DNA of 22,349 nucleotides from Chlorokybus atmophyticus (taxonomy: Eukaryota > Plantae > Mesostigma and Chlorokybus algae): positions 1,232,391-1,254,739 of the forward strand of contig RHPI01000810.1 in the NCBI GenBank assembly GCA_009103225.1, in the 5' to 3' direction. Of this stretch, positions 1-11,195 are shown one piece after another. The position numbers were made by a program, and so were the translations under genes. How positions within the stretch are numbered: position 1 is the stretch's first letter; every line of letters begins with the position of its first letter. Below the pieces are notes generated by a model. That model saw only the letters and a program-made list of their open reading frames with translations, made no database searches and had not been told where the DNA came from.

Positions 1-1748
1 CCTTCACCCCCTTTTTGCGTGGGCGCAAGGTTGAGACGATAAATAATGTTGTGCGTGTTGAAGGCGCTTACCACGATGTGCGCAGCTTGCCACCACTGTC
101 AACGACCGCGCACGACAAGGATAGCTTTTCTTAATATTAATCATTATTGTTGCTGCGTCAATGATAGAATGTGAGAGAAGAGAGTTGCACTACTTTCGAA
201 AGAATGGTAATGCAGTGGCATTGGGCCGTATAAGAGATAGCTCTTGCACATTTAAGGGGTTGCACGCAATTAAGCTTCAGGCCCGTCAGGTTTGGGCGCT
301 GCTGATGCGAGAGGGTGCTGCTTGTAGGTTATGACGACAAAGATGAGAAGGGCAGGAGAAGAAGGAGGGCAGAACTTGGCAACGACATTCATTCCGCAGC
401 GCACAAGCAGACCACACAATAGACCTCAAGCTAGGTTAATACATTTTGACATCACATTACGATAATAAAAACCGCGCGGTTATACGTTAAGTTGTATGTC
501 ATGGTAACATCACCTACAAATAACAACTCTTGCGTGCATATTTTAATGCACGCAAGAGTTATTATTACACGTTTTTGTTGTGTTGTTAGTTGGATACATT
601 GTATCCGATATTGTATCTGCGAAGTACCTAAAAATGTTATTGACAACCTATTGAACCATTTACATATTTCAACTGGCGTTGACAACATTGGCGACGGCAT
701 TAGTCATACTACCATGATGGCGGCGGTGGTGGGGTGCAGCGATCAATCTTTGCCGACCATATGCCACGGTGGTTGCAACGGTTTCATTGATCGCCGCTAG
801 CAGAGCGAATAAAACTCGCTTTACGCAGTTGAAGATAAGGCCGCTTTAACCTGCTCCAATTTTGGATACGTGTCCCGGTCCCAGGAGAAGTTCAGCCTAG
901 TCCACACGAGCTGGCTAATCTTCATAAAGTTGTAAAGTTGTTGGTTGTTGTCAAGAGATAGCCCCTTCAACAGCGATACATCGCACTTGCTTTCAATAAT
1001 AGCAATGGAACCCAAAGCATTTCATGGTTTTTCCATGTCATGCGACTGCAGGAGTTAAAAGTTGTATTAGGGAAATATTGCCAACAACAATATACATGCC
1101 ACTTATTAAGCTGATAAACACTTTTTAACATTGATTGCCAGCTGTACTCTTTTTACTATTTGCCAACCGCAAGCACTTAGAAGTGTATGGTACATTTTTT
1201 GATTCCAAGTGTTGCACTTCTCAAGCCACGATATCAAGAAAGTATACATATTGTAGTACGTGCTACACAACGTGCAACGTATACAACGTCACGGTACACG
1301 GTATGCCGCGAATGCAAAATTGAAAGGCAGCACAAGAAAACAATGTTTAAATTAAATGGCGTGCAGTGCAGCACTCTCAAAGTTTTAAAGTAATTGCATC
1401 ACTGTCAATGCAGCATGCACTTGGTGTGTAAACGTGAATAACATTTACCACTTAACATTAGACAACCGTACTTTTATAAGTACCTTTACTTATTCAAGTA
1501 TCGAGCATCGGACTTTTGGGGCTGCAAGATTTAAGAAACCGTTACGTTTTGTGCAACATGCCGCATATTAATATAAGATATTTATATTGTGTAAATTATA
1601 TGACATATGTTATATGGAGGCTATATCTAAACGTTTAAGCTTGAAAACAGCTGGCTGGGTATGTTCGTTGGCGCACAAATGCCAATGCTAGCAATCAATG
1701 TGTTTAGCATATTATATTATTAAGCAAGCTGTCACTTGTATGTTTGGA

Positions 1749-4700
1749 TCAACCATTTTTTGCTCTGCCATGTGATAATGTCCCAACCCGCGGCAAAACA
1801 TGTAATGGCTTGAAGCACAGCGTGCACATATGCTCCTTCCCCTTTTCCTTCTCATTGTGGTGACACGCCTTGCATTTGTGCATAACCTACGCTAGCAATC
1901 CTCCATGTAACCACTGCAGTACTTGCGGGAGCATCTGCCTGAGCTTGCCAAGTAGACAGAGGATTTAGTCTGAACATTAGGGTATACGTAAAAGTAGCCT
2001 TCATCCTGTAGGTTGCAGGCTTTGCGTCGCTCACATTCTCCACGAGGCTTAGAGGAGCCAAATAAACGCAGATGAGTTAACACAGTTGACTTCCGCAGGC
2101 AACCACTCACGCAACCCTCAGCAACCACCAACGAGCAATAGCACTGACCACCCAACACTAACCAGCAACAACAACCATATTTGTAGTCTAGCGCAGACTG
2201 GTGAGTCTCCAAAGTGCTTATTCGCACACATTCCCAGCCGTCTATGCAGCTTGACAATCAGCACCATACCTGCTGACTGCTTGCAATAGCATTGCATTAC
2301 CACCATCCCGGCCCCGCTTCATGCTGCTTCCGCAACCTGGCAGTGAAGAGAGTGCTTCAACTAGTAGCCTCTTTGCTCTTGTGTTTTGCACGGTGCAGTC
2401 AAAGTGTGTCACATTGCAAGCACGATGATCAACTCGTACTTGCAGACAGTCTCAACTACCTACCAATGCTTGCATTCATGCTGCAGCCCGGAGTTGGACA
2501 CCGGTCAATTGCGGATGGTGCACTAGTTCTTCGAGACTAGCCACCACTTTACAATTGCTGATGGTGTGCCTCTCCTTGTAGATAGCTAATGCATGCACAC
2601 AGCTGCCAGCGCCGTAGCTCAATTACCTCTTTGACACCAGCACATTTCATGATGTGGTAGCTATTTGCCATACCTCCCGCCCCCAGCATTTACTCCCCCC
2701 CCGCACTTTTTCGCCATCGCCACCGCCATAGAGCATGCCCTGTAATTGCATGTGCAGTCAATGCGACATAAGTGTTTCGCCTCTTGCGACAGTCCTCACT
2801 TGCAAATTGACTTTGCTTGCTGTCAGCTGCGGACCCAATGCTGCATTTGTTGCATGTTGCCCAAGTTACAATAAGTCATGAACAGCTGGCTATGTGCTGG
2901 TCTTTTGGCTACATGTACTACCAGTAGCCCAAAACTTGCAGTCTAGCACTTTAATGTTTTAGAACATGTCGCAAGAAGACTTAATTGAACAGAATGTAAT
3001 GCAGTAAGAAGCACGCACAACGCACAAAGCATGAACACACGCTTGCTGCGTTAGTAATGAGAGCAAGATAAAGCAATGCTCTGTCTGTGTATTCTGAGCG
3101 CTCACTAGTACTGCTGGCATCAATTTGGTTTAGGCTCTCAACAATGCGCATGCCGCATAGCGATAAACGGAAGTAAACTCCCGCTGGGGACTAACTGCCA
3201 TGTCTGTATGAGCATACTTATAGACATGCAGTCAGACATTTTCCACAGCAGTGCCCCACCATCTGCAGATATAACCCTTCTTAACACACGTGGAGGCGGT
3301 GATGTGGGCGGAGGCGAGGGGAGAGTCGGTTCAATCTGCTGCTGCTGTCACAATTAGCTGCTAACCAACACCCATGGTGCAGGTAACCAAAACTAAGCAT
3401 GCTTGCATGTCTAACAGGGTGGGGTAGTTGTGGAGTTATTGTAGTAAGTAGCCCGGTGGTCGGAACGTGTAAAGTAATTAGGTAAGCATGTGTGTTGTGA
3501 GTGTACAATACATAGGGTTGCGGCATGCATGGGAGTGTTTTTTATGTATCATGTACCAACCATGTGTGTGATGCACTATTGCATGCACGCAATAGCGTCT
3601 TTAATTTTGTGTACACATTCAACAATTCAGGCTGAATTGAATTTACTCCTGCTATGCAAGCGTGCTCCTCCTCCTTGTTGCAACAACAATCATGGTGCAG
3701 CAGCTTGCGCTGCAGGCGGAAGAAAGTGTCATGCTGATGCTGCACCCTGCACAGTGAAGACCACATGCACCGGAGGAGCAGCTGAATGAGGTGCGCAGAA
3801 GATTAGCATAAGGCAATAACAACCGTGTTGATCAGCACGCGCAATGTTGCCTGTTGCACGCTGCGTTGGCCGAAGCAGGGTGAAATACCAAGATGTCCAG
3901 TCCAAAGTTGCTATGCATAATTGTAGTGACATGCCATCAGCTACGACAAGCGTGTATTCCAGGCAATATGTGTGACAAAGTAACACACGTTGATTGCAAA
4001 CAATAGATGTAAAGCAGCGCTTTGCTACTCAACCAAGCTAGCCGTTGATGACAGAGCGAGATGCAAACAAGAACAATGTGCGCATGAGATGGTGGTTTTA
4101 AGTGGCAGCACATACATCAACTGCTCTTTCATATGTTGTAGCTGACAAATGAAGCCAGTGGAAAATAAGTGCTTTGGTGGAATTAGCTCCCAATTGCTTG
4201 TTGTCCCGCAGCAACTTGACTTACGGAACAACACTCTCATCAGCTGCTCATCATCACCAACCGCTTGAGAATATTTGCGTCCCCTAGCAAGCATCAGCAA
4301 GCCAAATTTTGTTCACAAGTATTAACGACAGGGTCACCTGCAGCTACTCAGCAACTTCTGGCATCAGTTTGTCTATGTCTATATACATGGATGAACCCAA
4401 AGCCATCACCACTGCGTAAGCATAGGTTACTGAATAATGTCATACAACTCCTCCATGCTGCGCAGGTGGCAATAAGACATTGTAACCTCACCATGTTAAG
4501 TCTTCTAAGAATCCTCTTACGCATCCAAGTCTTCATGGACGAGGAGATGCCGTTTGCCATCACCACATCCATGCAGCTTTGACAATGACAATCGCGTGCA
4601 TCGCATGCAAACATGCCTGTAAGCTGCAAGCAGGCATCGCAACCTAGTAGACTCGTAACATAGTGTCGCGTTTTTGTCTCTAGCAATCTTACAAGCCAAG

Positions 4701-7700
4701 CCTCCTCCTCCACCAACCCGCCCTACTCGCGTTTGGCCCACTTGTCTGACTTTTGCTGCGCGTTGCTTGTTATCCGTTGCGGCTTCAGGTTCCTCACCCA
4801 GCTTGTTGTTGATATTGTCTGGAGAGCGGTCACTGCCACTGTCAACATTACTGCCGATCCCTCCCCAGCCAAGTGCCACCTGCGAGCAATACATTACACG
4901 TATCTCTGACAACACTCTGCATGTTTGTTGTCAGAATATTCACCTATGCTCAACTGCAGATGCGCATTGATTTTATGCAGGCAAAAAGGTTGTGCAGAGA
5001 TGCATGGAAGAGCCATGCAATTGCTTGTCATGACTTGTAATAGAGTTGAATAAGATGTGCATGTAGCAAAAGGGAGGGCACTTGTCACCTTCGGCTCGGC
5101 TTCATGATTGTCCACACTAGCTGCCAGCATGCGCTTTTTCGCGAGCTTCTGGTCAGCATCCACTGTCCCTCCTTTTTCAATCAGTCCCATGTACGCATGC
5201 TGCTCATATCGCTGCCTGACCGCATTTGGCTTGTTGTCACCGTTATGTGTGCTAGGCTACAACTACCCGCATTTCGGGCATGATCGCATGGCTACCCACA
5301 TTCACATTTGTACATATCTTCCTCAGCACGCTGCTCCTTGGCAAACTTCGTTTGCGTGAGCCTCGCGCTTTAAGTATAACAAATCGCTGATTGTGACGAT
5401 TAGCGCCATCAGGTTTGCTCTTCATCTTTCATTTCTTCGAGGCCCTGTGAACACCAAGTTAATATCTAATGTTAATTGCAGAACGGTGCACTTAGCAAAA
5501 GTATGCACATAACAAAGCTAAACATGCTGTGCTTGCCTGATGACAATGGCTTACTTTGCTGGCAAGGGGATGACAGCGTCGTCAACATCCCGTTGTTGGG
5601 ACATTGAGATCCTCAGCTCTTTTCCACTCCATTCACGTGCTCCCAAGTTATGTTCCACGCGCTTGACATTCAGTACCTCGTCATCACTTGTATCCTGCTC
5701 GTGGTTGTGGTGATTGATGTTGCCATTGCCAACTTGATCCTCGCTTGTGTGATTCTTGTGTGGTACTGTTGGCAATGCTCCCTATGTTGCGCTCCATGAA
5801 TTGCGTAGTAGGTAAGCTTGGCAAGCCCATTGCCCTTGCCAAATATGCCATTAGCAGGTTGCGTGTGTCAAACACATTCTTATTCCGTTGCAAATGCACG
5901 GACCAGACGTACGCTACTGGCGCTTTTTGCATGTATATAATAGCCAACATGCAACACACTATGTGCACACGTTGTCCATGTAAATAGTGCGGTATGCAGA
6001 CAGCCTACCTGTGCTGTGCCTGAGGGCTTTATACTTGGAAATCAGCAAGGCCACACGAAACATAGCGCGTAGTGCGGCCTGCACAATGGATGCCATGCCT
6101 CTGTTTATTCCTTGCGAGCTGCAACACAAATTGTGTGCGTGGGTACGTTGAGCTATCACCGCTCATTGTGCCAACCTATAATTTATGGACACAGCTGCAT
6201 AAATTATAGCATACGCGCACATGCGCTTACGGGCATGTACGTACACATGCGCATGTGCGCAGATAAACGAAAAGCACGTTTGCATACAAGCACAAATGCA
6301 AGCATACGCACGCGCGCAGTCGTACACGCATGCGCACACAGTCACAAGTACAAGCGCACGCACACACGCACATACAGGCGCGCTCAGCACCTAAAAATGC
6401 TTCTGCCGCTCCCTCACCTTCTTCTCTAAGCGGACATCCTCCTCATGCTTTATCTCGTTCTGCTGCTTCTGTATCCTTGCCCGTAAGTGTTCTTGTGCTG
6501 CTTTGTGGTACCAAAGAGCATGCAGTTTGTGTGCATGTTAAACATTGTCACTTTTGTGAACGCATACACCGTGTATGTCTGACACTGGCCCACCAACCTG
6601 CACAACCCAACCGATGTTTGCAAGGTCAAGATCTGGCCGCTAAATTAGTGGCAATAAGCACCGCAAATTTGGCGCTGATGAAGGTGGACAATGCCCCCCA
6701 CTCTCTTTTACTTAGCCATTTTGCCATGCAGACACGACACAGGAATGCCTTGGTGCAGCTGCCACATTGCTTTATGTGCAAACTGTACCTGAAGCAATGA
6801 CAGCAACAATACCTCATAGTCGCTATAAGCCACAAGATTCTGGTGGCATAAGCAATGCTCATAAAAAAGTGGCCGCATGCAGTCTCTACCTGCTTGCAAG
6901 AGGCGAAAAACACGAGGGACTTGGCATTCCGATGAGTTGAGGTGATGAAAAACCATAGAAGGTGCAGTTTCAATGCAGCATCGCACACCATGTAGCTCGA
7001 TGGACATCCACATCACAATGCCACAGCTTACACTATGATCAATTCCAACATTCCGCAAAATTTCCTGTTTGAACACCCCAGCTTGCTTGATAAACAGCTG
7101 CATGCATGCTAGCGTTCTCGTCATGCATGCTGCTTCTTCCACACAGGAAGCAGCATGCATGGAGAGAACGCTCGAACGACTTTGCCTGTTGAAAACACAA
7201 GCTAGCTTGACAGCCGACTGCATGCAGGCTAGCGTTTTCTGCATGCATGGAGAAAACATGAACAAAGCATGAAGGAAGCTGGACTCGGAACGGAACGGAA
7301 CGGAAGCAGCATGCATGGAGAGAATGCTAGCCTACTGAATTGCAACAACAACATACTTTTGCTGATGCGCATGCCCCCTTGTTCCGTTGACAGCAGCAGC
7401 TTGAAGCCAACCCCCTTGCCTCTCGACCTCCTGGTTCTTGTCGCCCTCCTCCTCTCCCCCGCCGCCCCGACCACCTCTAAACCACGATGTCTTGGAAATC
7501 ATTCACCAATTAGTCTGTTATAGCACAGAAGTCTTAAAACCCTGGCAGCTCCGGCCATGGCACAGGCCAAGGCGGGGGCGGGGTGGTGGTAGAGCAGGAG
7601 CATGAGGTAGGGGTTGGAGGGGGCGGCCCGGTTGTTGCAGGCAGGTGCGGTGTCGATTGCCTTGTGCAGCATGGCCGCTGTGGCCGGCGAAGACGTCACG

Positions 7701-7950
7701 TGCTTGCGGTAGCTGAGTCCCGCAACCTCAGACAGGCGGTTGTTCCTGAACTACCCGGTAGTGCCAGTCAACACCCGCTTCACCAGCTCGCCGTGCTCGA
7801 CAGCCTAGTCTCCAAGTCGCTTGGAGCTTGTCGCTTGGAGCTTGCAGTCTTGCAAATCCAGTGACGGCTTGAAGGTTAGGCTTGTCGTCGAGCACAGCAG
7901 CGAGGTGGTCGAGCAAGTGTTAATTGACACTGCCAGGCAATTCAGCAATT
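1749..7950 (-). pseudogene. Remnants of an unidentified multi-exon gene or intron-containing transposase
   Basis: Several minus-strand splice-like junctions (exon 6009-6118 with TTGCAG| and CAG|GTAGG; donors at about 5554 GTAAGC, 4221 GTAAGT, 7356 GTATGT; CTAAT plus CAG acceptor near 3782) flank short protein-like stretches, broken by stops. No continuous reading frame could be rebuilt. Confidence 0.3.
7061..7335. repeat. Composite direct and inverted repeat (MITE- or foldback-like)
   Basis: Arms 7111-7136 and 7147-7172 form a 26-bp hairpin with 2 mismatches; a further inverted arm copy lies at 7303-7331; 7061-7118 recurs imperfectly at about 7184-7240; short CGGAA tandem at about 7286-7305. 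Confidence 0.75.
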
Positions 7951-8580
7951 CCGTAAACGGATTGATGACGTAAGTTATCACCACTCGCTTTCAATGACGG
8001 CACCATGATGTTTGAACTTTACACGATCCAAGTACCATAGGTCTCGCAGCATCAGTTCAGGCAACGACGACTAACAATGGTATGTCTTTTTTTTTATTGT
8101 TTGGCTTGCTCATTGAAGTGAGCATAAATAAAACATGCACGCATTGCTTTTCGCGTGGATTTACAATCACAATAAAAGTGCTACAGGCGCGAAAGTCGAT
8201 CAAGCTTGCATTGACGGGTGCAAGATCCCACGTCAACTCTGCTATCACTGATGCTGCAGGATTAACACTAGCCTGACCGGTAACTGTTACAGTGCATTTT
8301 TGGTAATAGGCTCTATGCAATGTATGCGTAAAAATTAAACCCTCTTAGGAGAGCATTCGTAATGTTGTGTAGATACATGGAAAACTATTCGTTGAGCCAA
8401 TCAACACATGGGGATCTTGTGAAAAATCCTCGAGTGCATGTAGGTATACAGGCTGCGCACTGTTCCACTGTGCTGTCACACATACAGCTGTGACAAGTCG
8501 ATACGAGTTGCACAAATGAATAATACTTATGTTTGGTGACTTGTATTGAGGTTATTGCTTGGTTGCACAAGTAAGTGGCC

Positions 8581-8634
8581 TTACAACTAACATGGCATAT
8601 GTCACTTTTTATTGCAAATAGAGTCACACTTACA
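8581..8634 (-). promoter_or_regulatory. Two TGTAA motifs, candidate chlorophyte-type polyadenylation signals for the transposase mRNA
   Basis: TGTAA at 8630-8634 and 8581-8585, about 70 and 120 nt downstream of the stop; short motif, could be chance. Confidence 0.35.
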
Positions 8635-8998
8635 AGTTGTGCTAGTAAGGGGTTGTGCGCAACTTGGCATGGTGTGACAAATACTCAACATAGTGTCACT
8701 AGTCTATACACTCTCCGCTATGCTCCTTCTCTTGCGCTTGGCCCCCACATCGATGCCAGTAATTGCACGGTCAGTATGGTATCTTTGGAAGCATGCATCC
8801 TTGCACAAATACACATTACAAGGCTCACACCAAAAGTACGATTTTCTGCCTCTGCCCCTTGCTTCCCCGGGCTGCAACTCTGCATTCCTTGCCTCCGCGC
8901 TACAAACCAAGCACTATCTTTGCTTGTTGGATGGATGTTTGCTTGTGAAATGGCGTCCGGAGAAGCGCCCAATCACATCCTTGTATGCATCTCGGTGC

Positions 8999-9501
8999 CT
9001 ATGGGGGCAGGAGGATGGTGATAAGGGGTAGTTGATAATGAGAGTGAGGGGCAGCATGAGGAGGGGGCTAGCAAACTGCCTGGCTGAGTGGGGGTGAGAT
9101 GATGGCAAGAATGAGGGTGGGGCATGCGCAAACTGATTGAGGGAGATGAGCATGAGGGTGGGCAGCATAAGGAGGAGCAGGGCGGAAACTGACTGAGGGA
9201 GAGGGGGAGAGGATGCGCATGAGGGTGAGGAGCAAAGGGAGGAGCATGGCATGGGCAAACTGACTGAGGGAGAGAGGGAGAGCATGAGGGTGAGGAGAAA
9301 GGGGAGTGCATGCGGAAACTGATTGAGGGGCAGGGGGAGAAGAGCATGAGGGTGGGAAGCAAGGGGAGTGCATGCGGAAACTGACTAAGGGAGAGAGGGA
9401 GTTGATGAGCATATGGGTGAGGAGCACGGGGATGAGCAGGGCATGCGCAAACTGATTGAGGGGGAGGGGGGAATGAATGAGTGACTGAAATTGCAACATA
9501 C
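8999..9501 (-). other. Intron 2 of the piggyBac transposase (503 nt, phase 2)
   Basis: Donor AG|GTATGT, acceptor pyrimidine tract plus CATAG|G. Removal joins ...GESTRR to HRDAYKDVIGRFSGRHF in frame, linking the core to the Cys-rich domain. Confidence 0.85.
9040..9470. repeat. Degenerate minisatellite, about 7 copies of 56-71 bp, G-rich on the plus strand
   Basis: Anchor AAACTG(A/C)(C/T)TGAGGG recurs at about 9073, 9130, 9186, 9257, 9316, 9378 and 9449, with GAGCATGAGGGTG between most copies. Confidence 0.9.
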
Positions 9502-10907
9502 CTCCGAGTTGACTCTCCAACCGGCCGCGCGTTGAGTGTGTTGTGCACAAGTTGCTCTTGTAGTTTGAGAACAAACTCCATGCGCGTGTACGTCGGGTTG
9601 GCGTGCACAAAGCACACCCACATGTTACCAACCGCCCCGTCAAACAACCCCCACCAGGCGCGGTGCCACCACTTCACCGCCTTCGATTGCTTTTGTATAC
9701 TATAGTTTGTCTTCAAGCAATACTTGTCATATTGATCAACGGCATCCTTGTGTAAATTATACACGACCGCACATTCCGGAGCAACTACATCAGCACGCCG
9801 ACCATCGTTTTGCAAGCGACTCACGACACCGCGATTCACACCATGACATGTGGAAAGGAAGAAGACGGGCTTCTTGTCCTCTTGTCTTCTTGTTCTTGTT
9901 GCGGTGTGTTTCCAACACACCGCAATCAAGCCATCACTAGGGGCAATAGCACACCTAAATGTTCCTTGCACGGCATGATTATCTAGTGTTATCATAGTAG
10001 AGGGATAACCCACACGGTTAGCCACGATAGTTCCCGTGCCATTGTATCCTTGTGATCTCAACCATATTAGTACTTTAGGTGAGGTAAACCCACGATCAAG
10101 GACAATGTGATGGTGTTCATACGGCACATTAGCTACTAGTTCTTTCACCACCCATGTGTGCAACTCGGGTCCAGGAAGCTTATCACAAATAATGAAATCG
10201 TAACAATAATATGTCTCCAAGTCACACGCTTGAAATACCTCAATACCAAACTTGTATGGTTTGCTAGGATTGTAGATACGAATAGGGCACATCTTATTAC
10301 GCATAGGATGGTGCGCTCATCAATGGTTATGTGTTTGCCGGGCTTATAGTTTTTACGAAATGTTTCACGTAGTGTATTGACTGCGGGTAGTATATGCCAT
10401 AGTCGGTATTCACGCGTGGCATGATCACTAGGGCGTTGGCTATTGTCATTCAAGTGAAAGTAGCGTTTTAGCTTGATAGCGTTTGAATGACATAAACCTT
10501 GCAAAGTTAGGAAATGTTATTGCCCCCATCAGACCGGTGCGCCCATAAGATTGCATGTCATTGGGTGTGTGGCATGCCATGGCTAGCGTGACCGACCCAT
10601 CGCAACAACTCTTGGCGTTTATCAGGAAGCCAAGCACGCCCTGTTTCCGCATCAATCACTGTGCGCTGTGCACTAGCGTATAGATTGGTTTGAATCACCG
10701 CATGATTCCAAAATGCCAATGGTAGGAAAAGGAGGAAGAGTTGTAAAGGTTTTTTACCACCTAAGTTTTGAATGCATGGACCAGTACGCCCCACAAATGT
10801 ATCAGCAGCAAGCCAGGTGTATACTTCATCTTCTCCACCCACACGCCAACGCACAGCACGCGGATCCACATCGGCATATGCATCACCACCCACTTCGTCA
10901 TCCATGC

Positions 10908-10953
10908 CTGCTAGTGTAATGCACAATATGTGTTGTGTTGTGGTGTGGCGTGT

Positions 10954-11010
<57 letters not shown>

Positions 11011-11024
11011 GTGTGAGTACACAC
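10908..11024 (-). other. Probable intron 1 of the piggyBac transposase (117 nt, phase 1)
   Basis: Donor CAG|GTGTGT, acceptor TAGCAG|G; contains the (CA)n microsatellite; removal gives ..DEEAETG-MDDEVGG.. in frame. Confidence 0.62.
10955..11015. repeat. (GT)n/(CA)n microsatellite, about 30 units with one interruption
   Basis: Seen directly in the sequence. Confidence 0.98.
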
Positions 11025-11195
11025 CTGTTTCAGCTTCCTCATCTGTAAGGAGAGGGGGTGCTCCTCCTCCCTTTACTCCCCTACCCCAACACCGCCACCA
11101 GCCACGCCGACCACACCGCCGCCGCCAGGGGCAACCGCCGGAGCAGAAGATCCCCTGGTTACGGCGGCTGCTGCGTTAGCAGTGCCGCCATACAG

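Larger units (their letters stand above)
8704..11191 (-). pseudogene. piggyBac-family DDD transposase, spliced (three exons), with three frameshifts and one premature stop
   Basis: PLQLFLLF..QTNLYA; FMSFKRY..HLNDN; IDE (D1), KPYKFG, LDRGFTS (D2), AVDQYD (D3), KWW; RFSGRHF; Cys-rich domain CLVC..CEPCNVYLC..CFQRYH; KRKRR NLS-like tail. Frameshifts near 10592, 10470 and 10306; TAG at 8914-8916. Start codon uncertain. Confidence 0.9.

Noticed and set aside
1-1100. ORFs 452-700, 492-800 and 821-1015
   Set aside because: Short, overlapping, no recognisable domains or convincing splice context.
1135-1420. Cys-containing plus-strand ORFs (RYTVCRECKIERQHKKTMFK; YCSTCYTTC) as a second transposase Cys-rich domain
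   Set aside because: Cys spacing is incomplete and there is no upstream transposase core; too weak to call.
6210-6390. Alternating purine-pyrimidine (CA/CG/TG) tract with ORF 6163-6390
   Set aside because: Low-complexity intron-like sequence; Z-DNA potential is generic and the ORF is a repeat artefact.
8266-8270. CACTA (EnSpm) element terminus
   Set aside because: Preceded by TTAA, the enclosed enzyme is piggyBac-type, and no matching TAGTG end with a 3-bp TSD was found.
9040-9470. CRISPR-like array of recurring AAACTGA motifs
   Set aside because: The spacers are themselves degenerate copies of one another, repeats are not constant, there are no cas genes, and the context is eukaryotic.
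8973-9501. Pro/Ser/Leu-rich C-terminal extension of the 443-aa ORF, and ORFs 9068-9643 and 8914-9285
   Set aside because: Translation through the pyrimidine-rich minisatellite intron; splicing gives the expected piggyBac C-terminus instead.
10908-11024. (TH)n peptide repeat at the start of ORF 10558-11022 and (CV)n in 10772-11179
   Set aside because: Translation of a (CA)n microsatellite inside a probable intron.
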